Positions 57,898 through 64,000 of a stretch of 64,000 nt of DNA are shown piece after piece. Location of the stretch: positions 1,268,077-1,332,076 of the forward strand of contig OZ223280.1 in the NCBI GenBank assembly GCA_965140615.1, given 5' to 3'. This DNA comes from Candidatus Cloacimonadales bacterium. Lineage in GTDB: Bacteria; Cloacimonadota; Cloacimonadia; G963667145. The notes under the pieces were generated by a model. The model made no database searches. It was given only the letters and a program-made list of their open reading frames with translations, and was not told the DNA's origin. A program made the position numbers and the translations under genes. Position 1 is the first letter of the stretch. Every line of letters begins with the position of its first letter.

Positions 57898-59625
57898 ATG
57901 TCTAGTAAACCGAGTTTAGAGTTTTATGACTCTATCGACCAGATCTCGCCAGTAAGAGCGGTGGCTGAAACCTTATTGCACTCGAAAAAAGTGCGTAAAG
58001 TAACTGCTGCAGAGGCTTATGAATTGGCTAGAAAGCAATCAGGAGTGGAAGAGACCGACCTGGAGATTTATGCAGGGACAGCCAAAAGATTGGGCTTGGC
58101 TAAAGGCTCTAAGGTGTTAGTGGATAACCACGGGAAAATCATCGGCCGTACCGCCAAGGCTAGAAGATTTTACTCTAAAAGTTCTGCTGCAGAAAAAAGA
58201 AGGTTGGACGGAGACCTGAGAGAAGCCGTTTATCAGATGCAAAAAGAGCCATTGATTAAAGCCGATGCGATTATTGGTCTGGACAACGATTTGATGCTTA
58301 AAGCTACTTACATCACCACGGAGTCTGATGCCAACAATGTGTTCAACTGGCTTTGCAACTTCACACCTTACGAATCGATGGTTAAGGAGTACGCTGCGAG
58401 CAAGAAGTTGCCCATCCAAGATATCATCATTTTGGCTTTCAACGGTTGGTCTAATAACGATCCATTCTATGAAAACACAGGTGCTCCACAGTTGGCTCTG
58501 GTAGATCAAAATCACAATGTGATTGTCAATTTGGGAATGCGTTATTTTGGAGAGAGGAAAAAAGGAACGCTAACTTTGGCTTGGACAAGCGGAATGCGTT
58601 TGGGTATGGCAGCTAGCCATGGTGGCATCAAAGAGATAGATTTTTCTGAATGTAGTGATGAATACAAATCTTTGGGCAAGAGAGCGATAGCTTTTTATGG
58701 CTTATCTGGTACTGGTAAATCGTCGCACACTAACTCTGCTGATAATGCTGGTACGATGCCTAAGGGCTTTAAGAAAGTTGTGTTGCACGACGATGCTTTC
58801 CAGATCGATGTGAAAGACAAGGTGTGCCGTGTGTGGGAGCCTAGCTTGTTTGATAAGACCGACTCTCGCGACTTGGACAACCCTGAGTGGGATTATCTGA
58901 CAGCTGTGATGAACCATGCTGTCATCACCTACAAAGACAAGGTAGTGCCATTAGGGCTTGATGCTCGCCAACAAAACGGGCGTGCGTTGTTCGATCGCGA
59001 CTTGTTGGGTGCTTGGGTAAACAAGTGCGAATTTCCTAACTCGCTTGTTTGGTTGATGAAAGATACCATCTTGCCTCCAGTGGTAAAGATAACGGACAAG
59101 TACTTGAGTGTGGCTATGGGTGCTGCTTTGATGACCGAGAGGAACGCTGCGGAGAATGTGAAGGCAGAAGATTTGGGCAAGTTGGTTTTCGTGCCTTATG
59201 CCAATCCTTTCCGTGTGTATGAGCTGTACAAAGATGTTGAGTCTTTCAAGACAGTGGTAGATAACGGTGCTGACTGCTTCGTGTTTAACTCTGCTGGTTA
59301 TTGGAGATCTTCCACAGAAGATTTGGAAGACATCAAGCTCAAGACCTCGTTGTCTTTGCAAACGGCTATCCTCACAGACGCTTTGCAGTGGGAAGAGTGG
59401 GACTTATTGCCCGGAGCGATGATACCTACCAAAGAGTCTATCGAGAAGTTAGTGCCAGATTACTATGCAAAGTACGATCCAGCTAAGCGTCAAAACTTGA
59501 AAGAGTACAAAAAATTGGTTAAAGGCAGATTTCAGCAAAGGATAGAGTTCTTGCAGAACTCTGATGTAGCTGAAAAACCTGAGCTTTTGGCGAAACTTGT
59601 TGCCTCGCTAAAGGTTAAGTGCTAG
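57898..59625 (+). CDS. pckA: Phosphoenolpyruvate carboxykinase (ATP)
   Basis: FYGLSGTGKSS (kinase-1a P-loop). Start at the ATG with an AAGGAGA SD; the longer ORF overlaps topA. Confidence 0.75.
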   Translation: MSSKPSLEFYDSIDQISPVRAVAETLLHSKKVRKVTAAEAYELARKQSGVEETDLEIYAGTAKRLGLAKGSKVLVDNHGKIIGRTAKARRFYSKSSAAEKRRLDGDLREAVYQMQKEPLIKADAIIGLDNDLMLKATYITTESDANNVFNWLCNFTPYESMVKEYAASKKLPIQDIIILAFNGWSNNDPFYENTGAPQLALVDQNHNVIVNLGMRYFGERKKGTLTLAWTSGMRLGMAASHGGIKEIDFSECSDEYKSLGKRAIAFYGLSGTGKSSHTNSADNAGTMPKGFKKVVLHDDAFQIDVKDKVCRVWEPSLFDKTDSRDLDNPEWDYLTAVMNHAVITYKDKVVPLGLDARQQNGRALFDRDLLGAWVNKCEFPNSLVWLMKDTILPPVVKITDKYLSVAMGAALMTERNAAENVKAEDLGKLVFVPYANPFRVYELYKDVESFKTVVDNGADCFVFNSAGYWRSSTEDLEDIKLKTSLSLQTAILTDALQWEEWDLLPGAMIPTKESIEKLVPDYYAKYDPAKRQNLKEYKKLVKGRFQQRIEFLQNSDVAEKPELLAKLVASLKVKC

Positions 59626-59645
59626 AAGAGAGATTACTAAACGGG

Positions 59646-59677
59646 AAAGGCGATTTTTTTTAAAGTCGCCTTTTTTT
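59646..59677 (+). terminator. Rho-independent terminator after pckA
   Basis: AAAGGCGA ... TCGCCTTT hairpin followed by a T7 run. Confidence 0.6.
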
Positions 59678-59799
59678 GTGATTGCCAAGGCAAAGAAGAT
59701 GATTTCCACACTCAAAAATTCTTGCCAAAAAAAGAAAGAAAAAGAGAGTGTCTACCTAGGGTTGATGAAAAATTTTTGGATATTTAGTAGGAGTTTACA

Positions 59800-61710
59800 A
59801 TGGGTTTGAGTTTAGCACAAAAAATTATCAAAGAGCATATTTCACAGGGGGAAGCTGTAGTGGGTCAAGAGGTTGGTTTGCGGATAGACCAGACTCTTAC
59901 GCAGGACGCCACTGGTACGGCTGCTTATTTGCAGTTCGAGGCGATGGGGGTGCAGAGGGTACAGACGGAGCTTTCGGTGAGTTATGTAGATCACAACACG
60001 ATTCAGTCCGATTTTCGGAACGCAGATGATCATCGTTATTTGCAGTCGATAGCCGCCAAGTATGGCTTGTACTTCTCTCGTCCAGGCAATGGCATTTGTC
60101 ATCAGGTACATCTAGAACGGTTTGCTGTACCGGGAAAGACACTCATTGGTTCAGACTCGCACACACCTACTGCAGGAGGTGTGGGTTCTTTGGCTATGGG
60201 TGCAGGAGGATTGGATGTTGCCATGGCGATGGCTGGAGAGAGTTTCAACATTAAATATCCTCAAATAATGGGAGTGGAACTTATAGGGAAATTGCCTGAT
60301 TGGGTTAGTGCTAAAGATGTGATACTGGAGGTGCTTCGGCTAATAGATGTGAAAGGCGGAGTGGGATACATCATCGAGTACTTCGGTGAGGGTGTGCAAA
60401 ACCTCAGCGTGCCAGATAGAGCCACTATCACCAATATGGGTACGGAAACGGGCTGTACGACCTCGATTTTCCCTTCTGATGAGTTGACTAGAGATTTCTT
60501 GGTGGCTCAAGGAAGAGGTGAGCAATGGCGTGAGCTTTTGCCTGATGAGGATGTGAAATATGATAAGGTTCTTACTATTGAAATGTCGAAGCTAGAGCCT
60601 TTAGCTGCTTGTCCGCATAGCCCAGGGATGGTAAAACCTGTGCGTGAGTTAGCTGGAATGAGTGTGCAACAAGTGGGTATTGGCTCGTGCACCAACTCCT
60701 CTTTGCGAGATTTGTCTATAGTGGCTGATGTGTTGGCTGAAAAGACGATAAGTCCCGATTTGCATTTGGTAGTGAACCCCGGTAGCCGTCAGGTGTTAGA
60801 TCATTTGATAGATGAGGGTAAATTTTCGCATATTGTTCGTAGTGGTGCTAGGATAATGGAGAACGCTTGTGGTGCTTGCATCGGCATGGGTGCTGCTCCT
60901 TCTAGCGGAGCGGTGAGTGTGCGGACATACAACCGTAACTTCTTTGGTAGAAGTGGGACTAAAGATGCCGATGTGTACCTAGTATCGCCCGAGACGGCTG
61001 TGGCTACGGCTCTCACTGGAGTATTCACCGATCCGAGAAGTTTGGTTATGGATTACCCGAGCTTTAGCTTGCCAGAGCGGTTCAAGGTTAATGATAATAT
61101 GATTATTAAGCCTGAGTCGGGTGAAGGTGTCCAAATTTTGCGAGGACCCAATATTGTAGCTTTGCCTGAGTTTACGGCGTTACCAGAGATTTTGCAAGGT
61201 AAGATATTGCTTAAGTTGGACGATAATATTACCACCGACCATATAATGCCTGCAGGAGCTAAGATTTTGCCACTTCGCTCTAATATCCCTGAGATTTCTA
61301 AGCATGTCTTTGAGGTGGTGGACACCGAGTTTGCGACAAGAGCGTTGCAAGAAAACGGCGGGTTTTTGCTTGCTGGTGAGAATTATGGACAAGGTTCTAG
61401 TCGCGAGCATGCGGCTTTGGCTCCTAAATATCTAGGGGTAAAAGCTGTGATAGCGAAAAGTTTTGCCCGCATCCATCTAGCCAACTTGATAAACTTTGGC
61501 ATCGTTCCGTTAACTTTCGTTAATCCAGACGATTACGACAAGTTGGCACAAGGGGACGAAATTTCTATTCAGATAAAAAATTTGCAAGAGCAGAAGATTT
61601 ATCTGGAAGCTGGCAAAGAGCAAATTGAGCTTTGTCATGCTTTGTCGAAACTGGATGCTAAAATATTGAAAGCTGGAGGAAAGCTGGCTTGGGTAAAGTC
61701 GAAAAAATGA
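59800..61710 (+). CDS. acn: Aconitate hydratase (aconitase-family protein with fused catalytic and swivel domains)
   Basis: ..IDQTLTQDATGT.., GSDSHT, CTNSS and SSREHAA motifs with Fe-S cluster-ligand Cys; 636 aa. Confidence 0.75.
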   Translation: MGLSLAQKIIKEHISQGEAVVGQEVGLRIDQTLTQDATGTAAYLQFEAMGVQRVQTELSVSYVDHNTIQSDFRNADDHRYLQSIAAKYGLYFSRPGNGICHQVHLERFAVPGKTLIGSDSHTPTAGGVGSLAMGAGGLDVAMAMAGESFNIKYPQIMGVELIGKLPDWVSAKDVILEVLRLIDVKGGVGYIIEYFGEGVQNLSVPDRATITNMGTETGCTTSIFPSDELTRDFLVAQGRGEQWRELLPDEDVKYDKVLTIEMSKLEPLAACPHSPGMVKPVRELAGMSVQQVGIGSCTNSSLRDLSIVADVLAEKTISPDLHLVVNPGSRQVLDHLIDEGKFSHIVRSGARIMENACGACIGMGAAPSSGAVSVRTYNRNFFGRSGTKDADVYLVSPETAVATALTGVFTDPRSLVMDYPSFSLPERFKVNDNMIIKPESGEGVQILRGPNIVALPEFTALPEILQGKILLKLDDNITTDHIMPAGAKILPLRSNIPEISKHVFEVVDTEFATRALQENGGFLLAGENYGQGSSREHAALAPKYLGVKAVIAKSFARIHLANLINFGIVPLTFVNPDDYDKLAQGDEISIQIKNLQEQKIYLEAGKEQIELCHALSKLDAKILKAGGKLAWVKSKK

Positions 61711-62165
61711 TGAAAAATAAAAATAAAGAAATATCGCCAAGAAGTGAGATGAATTTTTTGCGGGAAGTGTTAAAAGATTCGTTTTACAGTCAGGTTTATA
61801 CAATGCTAAAAGCTGATTTCCAAGCGATATATACTCATTCTCAGGGCATTATGGGGCTTGCTACGATTTGTTTGACGATTACGGGATTTTCTGGTCCTAG
61901 GATAGCTGCTTCTAGTGTATTTTCACGATTCAGCATCGCCATTGGTTTGGCTCTGGTGATACTGTCCGTTTTCTTCTTATTGCTGGGTCCTATCTATCCC
62001 AAATGGATGAGCAACCGAAAAGGTTTGGAGTTGCAACGAGCTTTTTCTATTTACTTTCTACGGCGTGACTCTCGCACTTTTAAATACAGGTTGTCTTTGG
62101 TTACTTTGGTGGTGGGGCTTAGTTTTTATGTGGCGAGTGTGATAGGTTATTTGTTGTCGTTATAA
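61689..62165 (+). CDS. Hypothetical membrane protein
   Basis: 158 aa with 3-4 TM helices. No family recognised. Confidence 0.3.
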   Translation: MGKVEKMMKNKNKEISPRSEMNFLREVLKDSFYSQVYTMLKADFQAIYTHSQGIMGLATICLTITGFSGPRIAASSVFSRFSIAIGLALVILSVFFLLLGPIYPKWMSNRKGLELQRAFSIYFLRRDSRTFKYRLSLVTLVVGLSFYVASVIGYLLSL

Positions 62166-62206
62166 GAGATATTTCAAAAATCAGGAAAAGGAAAAATAAG
62201 AGAAAG

Positions 62207-63493
62207 GTGAAGATTATGAAAAAACTGATTTTGGAACTTTTGAGACAAGAAGTGAAACCTGCCATGGGTTGCACAGAGCCAATAGCAGTGGCTTTGGCAG
62301 CGGCTAAGGTGCGGGAATTTTGTGATGGCGATGATTTTGATAAGATGCAAATTACTCTTAGTGCGGGCATTTTTAAGAACGGCTTTGCCGTGGGAATACC
62401 GCACACAAGCTTGACTGGGCTAGATGTAGCTGGGTTAGTGGGCTTTTGGCAAGGAAACGCTGCCGCTGGGCTGGAGGTGCTGGCAGAGGTGGACGAGAGC
62501 AAGTTCCCTGAGTTTAGCAAATATTTGCCCAAAGTGGAAGTGGGTATCGCCGACACAGAGCAAAAAGTGTTTGTACAGGTGGTCGTAGAGCATGGCGACA
62601 AGAGTTGCCAAGCCACTATCCAAGGCATGCACGACAACTTCACCGACTATGGTGTTGTGGGCGATTTGACAGTGCTGACAAGTGCTGACACGAGTGATGA
62701 TAGTGGTGCGGATAAGTTCGCCAAAATTTTTGCGATGGATGTTTACCAGACCATCCAAGAGGTGGAGGGTATCCCTGCAGATGACATCTTGTTTATGCTC
62801 GATGGTGTGAAGATGAACGAAGCCGTGGCGAACATGGGGCTGAAAGAGAAAATGGGTTTGGTAGTGGGATATACTATCAAGGAGTTGGCAAGCGAGGGTA
62901 AGATGTGTACTCACCTGCCGACTATCGCCTCGCAGATGGTGGCTGCGGCTGTGGATGTGCGGATGTCTGGTGCCAGCGTACCGGTTATGAGCTCCAACGG
63001 CAGTGGCAACAATGGGCTTATGGCTATTTTGCCACTGGTGGCTTATGCTAATGTTCATCGTCCGTCCCAAGAGAGACTCGCCAAAGCGATAGCTATCTCG
63101 CATCTGGTAAACGGCTATATAAAAAGAAGCATAGGCAGGCTCTCGCCGATTTGCTCGGGCGGTGTGTCCGCTGGAGCGTCCAGCTCTGCGGCATTGGTGT
63201 GGCTGATGGGCGGAGATAGGAGGCAGATAGAGGGTGCTGTGAAGAATATGCTTGGTAATATAGCGGGGATGCTTTGCGACGGAGCGAAGAACGGCTGTGC
63301 CCTCAAACTTTCTACTGCGGGTTACTTTTCTGTGGTCAGTGCTTTTTTTGCGTGCAAGGGAACGATTATCAAAGCTGGAGACGGCATAATTGCAGAAACT
63401 TTAGAGCAAACTATCCGCAATCTGGGGAAAGTCAGTAACCAAGGGCTTTTCGCAGCTGACAAGGCGATGATCGAAGTGATGAGAAACAGTTAA
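62207..63493 (+). CDS. UPF0597 / L-cysteine desulfidase (CyuA/YhaM) family protein
   Basis: N-terminal ..EVKPAMGCTEPIAVALAAA.. is typical of the serine-dehydratase-like / CyuA family; 428 aa. Confidence 0.65.
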   Translation: MKIMKKLILELLRQEVKPAMGCTEPIAVALAAAKVREFCDGDDFDKMQITLSAGIFKNGFAVGIPHTSLTGLDVAGLVGFWQGNAAAGLEVLAEVDESKFPEFSKYLPKVEVGIADTEQKVFVQVVVEHGDKSCQATIQGMHDNFTDYGVVGDLTVLTSADTSDDSGADKFAKIFAMDVYQTIQEVEGIPADDILFMLDGVKMNEAVANMGLKEKMGLVVGYTIKELASEGKMCTHLPTIASQMVAAAVDVRMSGASVPVMSSNGSGNNGLMAILPLVAYANVHRPSQERLAKAIAISHLVNGYIKRSIGRLSPICSGGVSAGASSSAALVWLMGGDRRQIEGAVKNMLGNIAGMLCDGAKNGCALKLSTAGYFSVVSAFFACKGTIIKAGDGIIAETLEQTIRNLGKVSNQGLFAADKAMIEVMRNS

Positions 63494-63566
63494 AAAAGCT
63501 GGAAATATGTTATCGAAGAATTAAGAGAAGAAACTCAAAAAGCATTAAAGTGATAAAAGGAAAAAG

Positions 63567-64000
63567 ATGACAAAAATAAAGATGTTAAACCCCATTGTGG
63601 AGATGGATGGCGATGAGATGACCCGTGTGGTCTGGCCGATGATTAAAGATATTTTGCTCGAGCCGTTCGTGGAGCTGAAGACGGAGTACTACGACCTTCA
63701 TATTAAAAATAGAGATAACACAGACGACCAAGTAACCCTAGATGCAGCCGCAGCGATGAAGAAGCATAAGGTGGGGGTGAAGAACGCCACTATCACGCCA
63801 AATGCAGCGAGAGTGAAAGAGTACGACCTGAAAAAGATGTGGAAGAGCCCCAACGGAACGATACGGGCGATTTTGGACGGCACGGTGTTCCGCAAGCCTA
63901 TTATCGTGAAGAATGTGCAACCATTTGTGCGTGGTTGGCAGAAGCCGATTATCATCGGGCGACACGCCTATGGTGATGTATACAAGAACGCCGAGATATT
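63567..64000 (+). CDS. idh: Isocitrate dehydrogenase (NADP), eukaryotic-like subfamily; 5' portion, truncated by the window end
   Basis: [23 protein letters not shown]...GTVFRKPII.. with an AAAGGAAAAAG SD upstream. Confidence 0.8.
   Translation, partial: MTKIKMLNPIVEMDGDEMTRVVWPMIKDILLEPFVELKTEYYDLHIKNRDNTDDQVTLDAAAAMKKHKVGVKNATITPNAARVKEYDLKKMWKSPNGTIRAILDGTVFRKPIIVKNVQPFVRGWQKPIIIGRHAYGDVYKNAEI

Overview
This 64-kb chromosomal window comes from a moderately AT-rich, apparently anaerobic diderm bacterium. The supporting genes are LpxL, LptF/LptG, an [FeFe] hydrogenase, ATP-type PEP carboxykinase and a eukaryotic-type NADP-IDH; phylum is not assignable from sequence alone. Most of the window is core genome. 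It carries rplU-rpmA-rbfA, engB, tsaC, nrnA, truB-ribF, argH, most of a his operon (hisG, hisC-HAD, hisB, hisH, on the minus strand) with hisD separate, lptFG, dus, bactofilin, M23, parAB, rpsU, cvpA, a two-component system plus sigma factor, tRNA-Ala(GGC), cstA, glyS, topA, pckA, aconitase, a CyuA-like desulfidase and the 5' part of idh. The standout content falls into five groups. (1) An active IS family present in three copies. Each copy has a ~1.22-kb body and imperfect terminal IRs, its transposase ORF has no internal stop codon, and insertion gives 15-bp target duplications. The copies are co-oriented with rplU and parAB and sit directly upstream of them, and one copy is nested in the start codon of another. 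(2) An 11-gene [FeFe]-hydrogenase locus. A HydS-like sensory hydrogenase paralog with DRTGG, RsbW-like, PHP and HK-like ATPase partners precedes a HydC-HK-HydD-HydB unit, an extra NuoE/NuoF pair and a HydA whose L1 motif reads TSCSPGW. (3) A membrane-anchored NB-ARC/TPR STAND NTPase lying next to the IS array and followed by a ~480-bp pyrimidine-rich periodic non-coding tract. (4) A translationally coupled three-gene cassette (small hydrophobic protein, single-domain ArsA/Get3-like ATPase, N-anchored membrane protein) that has no ArsB or ArsD partner. (5) Unusual fusions and contingency features: an LRR-TM-RibF protein, a HisC-HAD fusion, a DUF89 phosphatase inside the his operon, and a BspA/DUF285 lipoprotein with perfect 75-bp tandem repeats. 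No CRISPR array and no rRNA gene were seen.
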